Below are positions 21,185 to 32,677 of a DNA stretch of 41,790 bases, piece by piece. The position numbers were made by a program, and so were the translations under genes. The notes under the pieces are model-generated. The model worked only from the letters and a program-made list of their open reading frames with translations. It was not told the DNA's origin and searched no databases. The DNA is from Octopus sinensis (taxonomy: Eukaryota): contig NW_021835881.1 of NCBI RefSeq assembly GCF_006345805.1, positions 1 to 41,790 of the forward strand, written 5' to 3'. Positions within the stretch are counted from its first letter, which is position 1. The number at the start of each line of letters is the position of its first letter.

Positions 21185-21541
21185 TAGGAGCACTCCGTCG
21201 GTTGCGACGATGAGGGTCCCAGCTGATACGATCAACAGAACAGCTTGCTCGTGATTATTAACGTGCAAGTGGCTGAGCACTCCACAGACACGTGTACCCT
21301 TAACGTAGTTCTCGGGGGGATTCAGCGTGACACAGAGTGTGACAAGAGAAACAGGAAGAAAGAGCGAGAGAAAGTTGTGGTGAAAGAGTACAGCAGGGTT
21401 CACCACCACCCCCTGCCGGAGCCTCGTGGAGCTTTAGGTGTTTTCGCTCAATAAACAGTCACAATGCCCGGTCTGGGAATCGAAACCGCGATCCTTCGAC
21501 CGCGAGTCCGCTGCCCTAACCACTGAGCCATTGCGCCTCCA
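21185..21541 (-). mobile_element. tRNA-derived SINE, family C, near full length with TSD
   Basis: Head GGAGGCGCAATGGCTCAGTGGTTAGG...GGTTTCGATTCCC; 12-bp TSD CTCTATATATAA (21173-21184 and 21542-21553). Confidence 0.88.
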
Positions 21542-22324
21542 CTCTATATATAAACCAGCTCAAAAGTTGCACTCTGTACGGGTTTTTACGCTGGCCACTG
21601 CATAGGACTATAAATAACATGACTATAATACGTCTATAATGATTATATGCCCCGGTAGAATTTGATCAGAGATTAAGGACGGATGAGAATTAATTCTGTA
21701 ATGCAGTCCCAAGTCGAATTCGAACTATTGGCCAATTTGTCCCAAAGTTCTTTTTCTCGTCGTAAAATTAATGAAGCGAATGAAATTTATTTCCCCCTTG
21801 ATCTCTGACGTCATCTGACAAACGCAAACCAAGATGGAGTGAATCAACCAAGGTTTATGTGCTTATAAATAGCAACTCAAATGCTTTTAAATCAGTGCTG
21901 GATGTTCAAGAACCAAATGAAAGGCATATTTTCGATCCCCGGATCATCCCGATTCCAAAAAGGTATAATATGTCTATGTAGTACAAATGTAGACTGAGAT
22001 ACAGGGGTTCCTAGACGAACAGCCAGAATCTTATACAGCATATTATAATGACCAATAGTTAAAGCGCATGTATCACAATTGAATAATTATGCATAATAAC
22101 TCTAATTTATTGAAATTTATTGAAAGCAAAAACTGAATCAAGTTACGAGAATAGAATTTTTTTATACAATCAACTGAAATTAAATGAAATATTTTCTTAT
22201 AGGAGTGCAACCTAGCACTGTGTTTTGGTTTGTGGTGTAGACATGTGTGGAATACAGAAAACGTTGACCAATGATAAAGATTATGAGGATGACGCTTTTT
22301 GGTTTGCTGTATACATGCAATATT

Positions 22325-22545
22325 CTTTTAGTCTTTAACTTGTTTCAAACATTTGGCTCCGGCCATGCTTGAGCACCGTCTTAAAGGGGTTTTAGTCGAA
22401 GAAATATACCCCCCAGGACTTATTCTTTGTAAGCCTAGCACTTACTCTATGGGTCTCTTTTTGCCAAACTGCTAAATTACGGGGACGTAAACACACCAAC
22501 ATCGGTTGTCAAGCGATGGTGTAGTGACAAACACAGACACAAAGT
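22325..22545 (-). mobile_element. SINE family B 3' half
   Basis: CTTGTTTCA...GGCCATGCTTGAGCACC...GGGGACGTAAACACACCAACATCGGTTGTCAAGCGATGG. Confidence 0.8.
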
Positions 22546-22581
22546 CACACACACACACACATACACACACACACATATATA

Positions 22582-22617
<36 letters not shown>

Positions 22618-22904
22618 TTATATATATTTATATATATGTATGACCAAACACGAATAAATAGGGAAAAATTCTTATTCAAGCCACAACTCAACATACTCAA
22701 ACATACACCCCCACCCCCAGATACACACCCAGAAATATATACAGATGTATAAAATCACACACACACAAATGCAATGCAAACCTCCCACGCAAACACATAT
22801 ACATACATATAACATACACGCACAAACACAATATTCCCATAATCGAGCACACACCCACAAACATTTCAAAAAGAATACATACATAAATTCACTTGCAATA
22901 CGAT

Positions 22905-23270
22905 TCTACTCACGTACACACACACTCACGTACACACACATAACATCCCCACCAACACAAAACACACAAACATACACACACGCACGCACACAGACGAACA
23001 CATGCACACACGCGAACAAACACATACACACACACCACCAGGACAATTATAACAACACATACATACTCAGACAGAGACACACACACACACACACTCACGT
23101 ACACACACATAACATCCCCACCAACACAAAACACACAAACATGCACACACGCACACACACAGACGCACACATGCACAGTCAGACAGAGACACACACACAC
23201 ACTCACGTACACACACATAACATCCCCACCAACACAAAACACAAACATACACACGCACACACAACACCCT
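22905..23270. repeat. CA-rich compound minisatellite
   Basis: ACTCACGTACACACACATAACATCCC(C)ACCAACACAAAACAC occurs three times. Confidence 0.8.
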
Positions 23271-23375
23271 GACAAATTCTAATCACACACATACACACAC
23301 ATGACGTCCGCGACAGCAGCTTCTCAACGGGTCCTTCTTTGGTACCGTAGAACTTCTACTAAGTTGATGCTGTCG

Positions 23376-23612
23376 GGCGGCGAGCTGGCAGAATCGTTAG
23401 CACGCCGGGCGAGATGCTTAGCGGTATTTCGTCTGCTGTTACGTTCTGAGTTCTAATTCCGCCGAGGTCGACTTTGCCTTTCATCCTTTCGGGGTCGATA
23501 AATTAAGTACCAGTTACGTACTGGGATCGATGTAATCGACTTAATCCGTTTGTCTGTCCTTGTTTGTCCCCTCTGTGTTTAACCCCTTGTGGGTAGTAAA
23601 GAAATAGGTATT
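23376..23612 (+). mobile_element. SINE family A, full length
   Basis: GGCGGCGAGCTGGCAGAATCGTTAGC...GAGTTCTAATTCC...GGGTAGTAAAGAAATAGGTAT. Confidence 0.88.
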
Positions 23613-23654
23613 TCTAAATAAGAAATGAGGCAGTAAAATTTGGCTCGTACTATT

Positions 23655-24080
23655 AGTTCCAATTTTTGGCACAAGGCCAGCAATTTCGGGGGGAGCAGGT
23701 AAGTAGATTAGATAGACCACAGTGCTCAACTGGTCCTTATTTTATTGACCCCAAATGAATGAATGTAGCATACAAGTACCACGTAATATTGATTTCAGAT
23801 TTTGGCATAGGGCCAACAGTTTTAGGGAAGTGGATAAGTCCATTATATCGACCCCAGTGTTCAACTGGTACTTACTTTTTCCACCCCGAAAAGATGAAAG
23901 ACAAAATCAACCCCAACGGTATTTCAAGTACCGCATAATATGATTTCAAATTTTGTAACAAGGCCAGAAATTTTAAGGAAGTGGGTAAGTCGATTATATT
24001 TTATTGACACAGAAAAGGTGAAAGGCAATGTCGACATCGTCGGCATTCGAACTTAGAACGTAAAGACGTACTCGATGCCG
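23655..24080 (-). mobile_element. Three tandem partial SINE family A-related copies
   Basis: Repeated TTTTGGCA.A.GGCCA...AAGT...TTA.AT.GAC...AACTGGT.CTTA blocks. Confidence 0.65.
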
Positions 24081-24515
24081 CTAGAAAAAAAAAAAACAGT
24101 TGATTATATCGACAAAAAACTTAACTGGTACGGGTTATAAAATCTCCGGTGGTAAATACAAAGACTGAGTCAACCTTGGTGTGAATTGGGTCGGAAAAAT
24201 ACGAGGTAATTTTATGTAGAACACAATTTAACGTGCGCTATATCGTTCGTCTAGACATTTACAGCTTTCGGTCACGATAAAGAAATAATTATCATTGTTG
24301 TTATTCAGTAGTTAATGATGTGTCAATTGACGTCACATTCTCTTTTGGGCGTAACAAAGAAAAAACGAAACAGGAACTGTTCACATATATCTCTTTGAAT
24401 TAAATAGAAAATATATATATACCCACGCACGCAACCAAACACATACACACATACATACGTATATACATACACGGATACAAAAATACGTACGTACGTACAT
24501 ACATACATACATACA

Positions 24516-24549
<34 letters not shown>

Positions 24550-24929
24550 CCCCATTGTTGGGGTATATATGTATGTATACCCTTCACTCCAGGCTAGAAA
24601 CCGGCTCTTCCTGTATTAACAAGACATCTTCACATAAAATGAACAATGACGTACATACATACATACATACGTACATATATACATGTCCTTGTTTTCGTAT
24701 ACATTCGCTTGCTTTCATCCAAAATATCTGGTGCTCTTAGCTTAGATTTTCTTGGGGCCGTCCAGATTGGAGCAGTCTCGAGTGTAACGGGCCGAGACTG
24801 CAAAGACAATCTGGAATTCGACTGACAGTAAAAAGCTCCGAATGACCCGTCCTTGTTTTTTCCTGTCCTTTTTTTGTATCGTTTAACTATCCGGATGTTT
24901 TGCTGTCGCCTGTTACGTACTTGTTCCAT

Positions 24930-24967
<38 letters not shown>

Positions 24968-24984
24968 ATATAATATATATATTG

Positions 24985-25358
24985 GTTGGTTTGCATCCTT
25001 TTTGTCTTGGGAGACAATGGAGTTGCGCATAAAATAGTCTGGTCCGGCTTTTACATTTCATGTCCTAATACATTCCTGCTGTTACTGTGTAGTCCTATCC
25101 TGGACAAACACTCCTTCTGGCAGGTGCCGCAAATGTAGCGAAGACTGTTCCTGGCTGGTTGTAATGTCATACTTTCTTGTTGACGCCTTTTCTTGTCTAT
25201 CCATTTCTCCTCTCTCTCCCTGTCACTCCTTTGCGTTCCCTCTTTTACGGTACGTTGCCAATCTCCACGGTTGCTGGCAGCTGCTTCCCAGTTGCTAATA
25301 TTGATGTTGCAGGCCTTCATGTCCCTTTTGCAAACATCCTTGTAACGTAAGAACGGTC
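24985..25358 (-). mobile_element. RTE-clade (BovB-like) LINE 3' end in (TA)n
   Basis: RPFLRYKDVCKRDMKACNINISNWEAAASNRGDWQ...YICGTCQKECLSRIGLHSNSR (degenerate C2H2 finger), followed by a short 3'UTR. Confidence 0.88.
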
Positions 25359-25394
<36 letters not shown>

Positions 25395-25406
25395 GTGTGG
25401 TGTGTG

Positions 25407-25447
<41 letters not shown>

Positions 25448-25449
25448 TA

Positions 25450-25655
25450 TGCATTTGTGCGTCTGTGTTTTTGTCACCCAACTATCGCTTGACAACCGAT
25501 TTTGATGTGTTTACGTCTCCGTTACTTAGCAGTTAGGCAAAAAAGACGATATAATAAGTACTAGGCCTACAAAAAATAACTCCTGGGGTCCATTTCTTCG
25601 ACTAAAAGTTCTCCTCCAGCACGGCCGCAGTCAAATGACTGAAACGAATAAAGAG
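25450..25655 (+). mobile_element. SINE family B 3' half
   Basis: ATCGCTTGACAACCGAT...GGCCGCAGTCAAATGACTGAAAC. Confidence 0.8.
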
Positions 25656-25670
25656 TGGTATATATATGTG

Positions 25671-25715
<45 letters not shown>

Positions 25716-25895
25716 TTATTATGTATATATATTATATATATATATATATATGGTTATGTATGTATGTATGTATATATATATATATTTTATATATATATAT
25801 AATATTATATATATATATAGTCTTCCTTAGATAGATAGATAGATAGATAGATATATAGATAGATAGATAGATGTATACATATACATATATATAAT

Positions 25896-25941
<46 letters not shown>

Positions 25942-26010
25942 ATATATATATATGTATATGTATACATCTATCTATCTATAGATAGATATATAGATAGATA
26001 GATAGATGTA

Positions 26011-26041
<31 letters not shown>

Positions 26042-26196
26042 AATATAATATATATAATATATAATATATGTATGTATATATATATATATGTATTGTATAC
26101 ATCTATCTATCTATCTATATATCTATCTATCTATCTCTATATCTATCTATCTATCTATCTACTATCTATCTATCTATCTATATATCTATATATATA

Positions 26197-26240
<44 letters not shown>

Positions 26241-26468
26241 CTTAAACAAGATTAATATTGACAGTGACTCTGAAGCTTCAGTCAGTTTGCAGCCCGACGA
26301 TGATGCATCTGGCTGGAACTTCGAAGTCACTGTCTTGTTGAAGAATGATAATTTTGACCTTTACAAAAGTATACAATAACCCATCATATTAACGTAAAAT
26401 TGTTTTTATTATAACTGAACACAAAAGCAAAGATTTATTTGCATGCATAAAACCCACCTACATACATA

Positions 26469-26860
26469 CAGGCATGAATGTGTGGTAAGAAACTTACTTC
26501 TCCAACCACATGGATCCGGGTTCAGTCCCACTGTCTGGAACCCTTCTACTATAGCCTTGGGCCGACCAAAGCCTTGTGAGTGGATTTGGTAGACGGAAAC
26601 TGAAAGAAGCTCCTCGTATATATACATATATATATGTGTGTGTGTGTGTTTGTTTGTTTGTCACCCCACCCGCCATCGCTTGACAACCGATGTCGGTGTG
26701 TTTACGTCCCCGTTGCTGTTCGGGAAAAGAGAACGATAAAATAAGTACTAAGCTTACAATAAATAAGTCCTGGAAACGATTTGTTCGACTAAAGCCGGTG
26801 CTCCAGCATGTCCGTAGTCAAATAACTGAAACAAGTAAATGTATAAAAGAATAAAAGAAT
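26469..26860 (+). mobile_element. SINE family B, near full length
   Basis: GTGTGGTAAGAA...GGGTTCAGTCCCACTG...ACTGAAACAAGTAAA...(AAAAGAAT)n. Confidence 0.85.
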
Positions 26861-26863
26861 ACA

Positions 26864-27360
26864 TATACAAGGTGCGTAAGGTATTTGAGGATAGATTTCT
26901 ATTATGTTATTCAATAAGGCCACCTTCAGCTTCAACAACAGCTTGTATATGAAATCTAAATCATCTACATAGTCGAATCAAGTGGTCCTAGTTCATCTTG
27001 GACATTACTGTGATTATAGCACCTTTCAAAGAATCTTAGGTGTTAGGGGCGTGTTCATTGACCTCTCTCTCAACAACACTCCACATGTAATAGTCCAACG
27101 GATTGAGATCTGGAGAATTAGGAAGACAATAGTTAGGAGTTATGTGATCATGAACATTTTCAGCCATCCATTTCTGTGTTACTAGAGCCATGTGTTTTAG
27201 TGCAGAGTATTACTGAAACACATGTGGCCTTCCATTGCATATACTTTCTATACAGGGCTTAACAATTATTTCCAAGAGTTAACTCTAAGGCCTTGTGGAA
27301 AGAAGTAAGGATGCATCACACGTCCTTCATTGCAGATAACCCCTAAAATCATGACCTGGT
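26864..27360 (-). mobile_element. Tc1/mariner-superfamily (maT/DD37D-like) transposase C-terminal relic
   Basis: Reverse frame: GRPHVFQ*YSA...TQKWMAENVHDHITPNYCLPNSPDLNPLDYYMWSVVEREVNEHAPNT*DSLKGAI...QAVVEAEGGLIE*. Probable TIR end TA-CAAGGTG near 26866. Confidence 0.8.
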
Positions 27361-27829
27361 ACTTCAGAAGGGTCTGCACATAACCATCTCTCATTTATTT
27401 TTTCTGTTAACTTGATCTTGGTTCTGATTTGTGCGAGTTTTAGCTGTTGCTTCCATTAAGTCGAATGACCTCAAAGAAGTAACTGTGTTGAAATAGTATA
27501 AACATTTTTTGTTTTGATTTACTTACTGCTCTGAGTTAGTCAGAGAAGAAATTCAGTGATTGTTATTGTTGTTGTTCAGCTCTAGCCCAATCCTGATTCG
27601 GTTGACACACCTACTTTGACACCTTTCAGTTTTTCCACTTTAGATAATGTATTTTAAACAATTCAAACAAGCCATACAAGTTTTGCCAAAAGGCCAGCAC
27701 AACACCGCAAACTTGCATCTTTTCTACCAACATTTGTTGTCAGAATGGTAGTGCACCCTTTGTTATCAGTTGCTGGTAGGGACACTGTATTTCATTATGC
27801 AACCTTTACCTATTTTTCTATCTTAAGTC

Positions 27830-27925
27830 ACATTGTTTACAGAGACATATTCGTGTATGAAAGATTGTAACTTCCGATGCTGGTTCTAATTTCTATGGAA
27901 AATCTGTAGAGATAGCTTTTAAAAG
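27830..27925. repeat. Dispersed repeat; related copies at ~28487-28582 and partially inverted at ~39505-39620
   Basis: CATTGTTTA.A.AGAC.TATTCGT.TATGAAA..TTGTAACTT...TCTA...AAAATCTGTAGAGAT is shared. Confidence 0.7.
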
Positions 27926-27994
27926 TAATTGAATCGCGCGGCTAACACAGGCAGGACACAGTATAAACCTTATAAAGCCCTTTAATATACTTGG

Positions 27995-28250
27995 TAGTAT
28001 CTTGTGAAAGGTAGAAGAGTCCAGTTTGCTGAAAATTGTTGTAGAGCTGAAAACGAGGCAATTTCTGCTCTTCTCCTCTGGAAGTCATCTACTCGCGATA
28101 CCACAGGGCGCACATTCTCCTACCCTGATGTAATCTCCAGGGATACAGGCATCCAGCAACAGGACCTCCGTAATGCTATGATGGACCGTGAAGTCTGACG
28201 TAGCATAGTAAATTCCATTGTCTCGACCACGGTTGAACAATGATGATGAT
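27995..28250 (+). mobile_element. RTE/RTE-X-type LINE 3' end with (TGA)n tail
   Basis: KGRRVQFAENCCRAENEAISALLLW...GRTFSYPDVISRDTG...LRNAMMDREV*R, then TGATGATGAT. Confidence 0.8.
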
Positions 28251-29291
28251 TATGGTTGCCTAACGAAATACGGTGTCCCCACCAGCAATTATTATGTACG
28301 TACCAGTTGCTAGGAATGTGTTTAATATGTAAAATTGGTACAACCAAAAGTGTTACAACGCTAAATTTAGTGAGTATTTAAGCAATGAGTTTATGGATAG
28401 TTAATAACTTGGATATGGTGCTGAGGAGGGAGGAATAACTCCTAAAATATGCATATACACCCATTAACAAATTTTCTATCTTCGATCGCATTGTTTAAAT
28501 AGACGTATTCGTATATGAAACGTTGTAACTTTTAGTGCTGGCTCTAATGTCTACAGAAAATCTGTAGAGATGATTTTAAAAAGCTTTTGTTAGATCCCAT
28601 TTTCAATCTCAGTACCGTTCATAACATCATTTAGGATTGCAGCGAGGGATTAAAACAAAGAAGGCTCTTAACTGTCTGTTCCCTAATCTTCAGGATTATC
28701 TCCCTCCCAAATAAAAGCAGAAATTCTTGGTTTGATATCGTATTATGGATAGCCTGCTATATTTTTAAGAATACTTTGGCATGCAACCAACATTGCTGCA
28801 AAAGTTCACCAAAACCGAGAGAAATGTATTTGCTTCTACTTTAGTTTCCAATATGGCTACGATGTCATCCATGGTCACATGCAATGGTGGCAGTACCATC
28901 TGTCCATTGATGTGTACACTCTCCGAGCAATGCTAGAAAATATTAATAATAATAATAAAATATAATAATAATAATAACAATAATAATAATTAATAACTCC
29001 ATAGCAATCTCAAATAGGAATGGAGAAAAGCGCACTCCGTAGTACAGCCCATTACTACTGCTAGTTGTTCAGATCCAACTTCATGTATCAAAAAGTTCCC
29101 GAAACGCCTCAGAGGCTTTCGATATACATACACATACATATACATACTTACATACATATATACACACATACACACGCACATATACATATATATGTAATAT
29201 ATATATATATATATATACTATAATATATATATATATAGATATATATATATATATATACACACACACCATATATATATCTAATTATATATAT

Positions 29292-29490
29292 AGGGAGAGT
29301 TTACGAAAAAAACAAAAGACGAAGAGGTGTGGTTTACAAAACAAACAGATGTATTAGTATAACGTTCAGGAATAGAAAAAGTCTTTTACATTTCGAGCCT
29401 ACGCTCTTCTACAGAAAGGTACACATAAAAACAAGGAGAAAAACAAGGAGAGAAAAAAATGTGTGTAGTGGCTAATAACGATCTGTATGG
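29292..29490 (-). mobile_element. PLE-type terminal fragment inserted in (TA)n
   Basis: (TA)n flanks; shares ACG.TCAGGAA and the GAGC/GCTC stem II layout with 14011-14226. Confidence 0.6.
29383..29418 (-). ncRNA. Minimal hammerhead-like motif (variant core)
   Basis: CUUU-CUGUAGA-A-GAGC(guag)GCUC-GAA-AUGU-A-AAAG; A6U change and ACGU>AUGU. Confidence 0.5.
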
Positions 29491-29572
29491 CATTGACTAT
29501 ATATATATATATATATACATATATACATTTCTATTACATATATCGTACATATAAATATATATGTTACGCATA

Positions 29573-29641
<69 letters not shown>

Positions 29642-29860
29642 TCAATATAGGGTAGCAAAAATTCAGCAGAAATTATTTTGCTACCAGCGGTCTAGTGAGA
29701 AAAAGGAAATAGTCAGAGACTATTTATAAATTCAACAGCAAATTAAGGAACGGCCATAATAGGCCGTTCAACCCACTAGAAATAACAGCCAAGGCTTCAA
29801 CCGCAAAATAGTAGTAATTCCGTAAATCAGGAGAAAATTAAAAAACCCTTACCCTGTATC

Positions 29861-29958
29861 ACTTATACAATGCATTGTTTCATCGTTTTTTTATGGTAAA
29901 TCACCTGGTTAAATTAAATCAGCTAATCTTCCATAGGCCAACAGATTCATCAGTAAGT
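29861..29958 (-). ncRNA. Type I hammerhead ribozyme, array D copy 1
   Basis: ACUUA-CUGAUGA-AUC.GUU...UAUGG...CCAUA...AAC.GAU-GAA-ACAAUGCAUUGU-A-UAAGU; GUA triplet. Confidence 0.85.
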
Positions 29959-30671
29959 AAGCCAGGAGGGAGAGATATTACACGAGGCAGCACCACTACC
30001 GCTTCGGCAATATCTAACCTAAAATTTTCAAAATCATCGTACTCTCGCGCGCCAATTTATCGGCAGCAAATATAAGCTGCCGATTCCATTTCGGAATTAA
30101 CAGAAAATTCATAATTAATCAATATAGGGTAGCAAAAATTTAGCAGAAATTATTTTGCTACCAGCGGTCTAGTGAGAAAAAGGAAATAGTCAGAAAAACT
30201 ATTTATAATTCAACAGCAAATTAAGGAACGGCCATAATAGGCCGTTCAACCCACTAGAAATAACAGCCAAGGCTTCAACCGCAAAATAGTAGTAATTCCG
30301 TAAATCAGGAGAAATAAAAAAAAACATTTACCCTGTATCACTTTATACAATGCATTGTTTTTAATTTCTAGTGGGTTGAACGGCCTATTATGGCCGTTCC
30401 TTAATTTGCTGTTGAATTTATAAATAGTCTCTGACTATTTCCTTTTTCTCACTAGACCGCTGGTAGCAAAATAATTTCTGCTGAATTTTTTGCTACCCTA
30501 TATTGATTAATTATGAATTTTCTGTTTAATTCCGAAATGGAATCGGCAGCTTATATTTGCTGCCGATAAATTGGCGCGAGTACGATGATTTTGAAAATTT
30601 TAGGTTAGATATTGCCGAAGCGGTAGTGGTTTGTCTCGTGTCTCTCGTAATATATCTCTCCCTCCTGGCTT

Positions 30672-30770
30672 ACTTTACTGATGAATCTGTTGGCCTATGG
30701 AAGATACCTGATTTAATTTAACCCGGCTGATTTACCATTAAAAACGATGAAACAATGCATTGTATAAAGT
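30672..30770 (+). ncRNA. Type I hammerhead ribozyme, array D inverted copy
   Basis: ACTTTA CTGATGA ATC...GAT GAA ACAATGCATTGT A TAAAGT can be read directly on the plus strand. Confidence 0.85.
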
Positions 30771-30899
30771 GATACAGGGTAAATGTTTTTTTAATTTTCT
30801 CCTGATTTACGGAATTACTACTATTTTGCGGTTGAAGAGCCTTGGCTGTTATTTCCGTGGGTTGAACGGCCTATTATGGCCGTTCCTTATTTGCTGTTG

Positions 30900-30934
<35 letters not shown>

Positions 30935-30943
30935 TAATATATA

Positions 30944-30990
<47 letters not shown>

Positions 30991-31276
30991 GCACAAGTGG
31001 TGGGGGGGGTTTCTTCTGGCTTTGGGTAAAGGAAAATACAGGAGGATCAGTTATTATGATTTGATTCAACATATTTTCCTTCTCAGATTCATACACTTAT
31101 AGTAGCGTCCCTCGGTTTTTCTATACCCTATAAAAGAACTCGGACGGTTGGCCTTTCGCGACACCCTTAAAGCCAGGAACATTTCAGCATCCCCCACTTC
31201 CGTCTGTGTGTATGTATGCATGTATGTATGTATGTGTATGTATGTATGTATGTATGTATGTATGTATGTATGTATG

Positions 31277-31310
<34 letters not shown>

Positions 31311-32438
31311 TATGTATGTACATACGTGCGTATGCATTATATATGTAAGAAATAAATCATGCATTTTATACATTTTATTGTTTTGTCATGTGCATGATCC
31401 TCCCGGTCCTTGGAAAAATGGTCTGGCATGAAACCGGCCCATGGTGCAAAATAAGGTTGGGAACAATATTAGTACAACAACAGCACCAACAGTAGACATT
31501 CAAGAAATTGGACCTGGAGATCTCCATTTCCAGCGACTTCGAGGGCCACCTCCCAGTGGTGTCGGGCATCAACTAAGAGCCCTCGACTACAACAAGACGA
31601 CCAAAGTTTTTTTTTCCAAGGTCTGGAGTTTCCCGCCCCTAAGCCTTACCCGTCTTGTTGCTTAACAACAACAACAACAGCCCCAACAACAGTGGCAGCA
31701 AACGGCTGAGTATATATATGGTGGCCGACTTGTGAAAAACAGCAGTCAATTCTTCACCTTCAAATTATATACAACTACCTTAAATAAAAGGATACATTAC
31801 TTAACATACTCTCGAAGACTCGAAAGCAGAGGAGTTGGTCAGGACTTGTTGGCTCTTGTTGAATGTAGGTCCGCTTCGTAGTGATTAGATCAAGCAAAAA
31901 AAAAAAAAAAAGAAAGAAAAAAAGGAAGGAAGGAATAAATATAAAAACAAATAAATGAAATTAGAAATTTTTCAAAACTGACAAAAGAATAACAACTGTA
32001 ACAGCAGCAAACCCAAACAAAATAATATATAACAGTGAATTTCTATTTTTAAACCAAAACACAATAGCATGACTAATATGTGTTTGGAAGTATAGAAATA
32101 ATAATATTTATATCTGTCTTTGTAAATAACGGGCAAGTATAAAAAGTCATTCACATTGCTCTCTTTGTCTCTCCCCCAGTCTATGTCTCTTTTTCACACA
32201 CTCGCAGACAATGTATATATATATATATATAATATGACCTAGTGCTCAACCAAAAAGTTGGACGTTGTCATACATCGCTGGTCACGATGCGCTTTACATC
32301 GTTTTAGCTTTCGAATGATGTCACCTGGCTTGCTAGGCGTAAAGGCCAACTTTTCCTCCTGGTTTGAAGACCTGTCCATCATAATGTTACCCATTTACAG
32401 CAGAGTGAACTGTAATTATTTATGTGTATATGTGAGCG

Positions 32439-32469
<31 letters not shown>

Positions 32470-32482
32470 TGTATATACATAA

Positions 32483-32534
<52 letters not shown>

Positions 32535-32559
32535 AGCAGAACACAAGTGGGGCTCAAAA

Positions 32560-32636
32560 CACAACAGCTGTTTCGGCAGCATTTATTGATGAATTTATAG
32601 ATTACATGAAGGCAAAAAATCTGCTGCCATCAGGTA
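32560..32636 (-). ncRNA. Hammerhead-like motif with truncated core
   Basis: UAC-CUGAU-GGCAGCA...UGCUGCC-GAA-ACAGCUGU-U-GUG; G8/A9 apparently missing. Confidence 0.45.
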
Positions 32637-32677
32637 GATTTTAAAGAAACCAACAGGTATGTATATATATATATATA

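Larger units (their letters stand above)
29636..30899. repeat. Retrozyme-like array D: ~477-bp unit, ~1.5 direct copies (29636-30360) followed by ~1.1 inverted copies (30364-30899)
   Basis: ATCAATATAGGGTAGC at 29641 and 30118, with its reverse complement GCTACCCTATATTGAT at ~30492. (TA)n on both sides. Confidence 0.9.

Noticed and set aside
21460-21541. tRNA-like sequences (also at 2146, 35140-35212, 36534)
   Set aside because: They have A/B boxes but no proper acceptor stem and run into SINE bodies. These are SINE heads, not tRNA genes.
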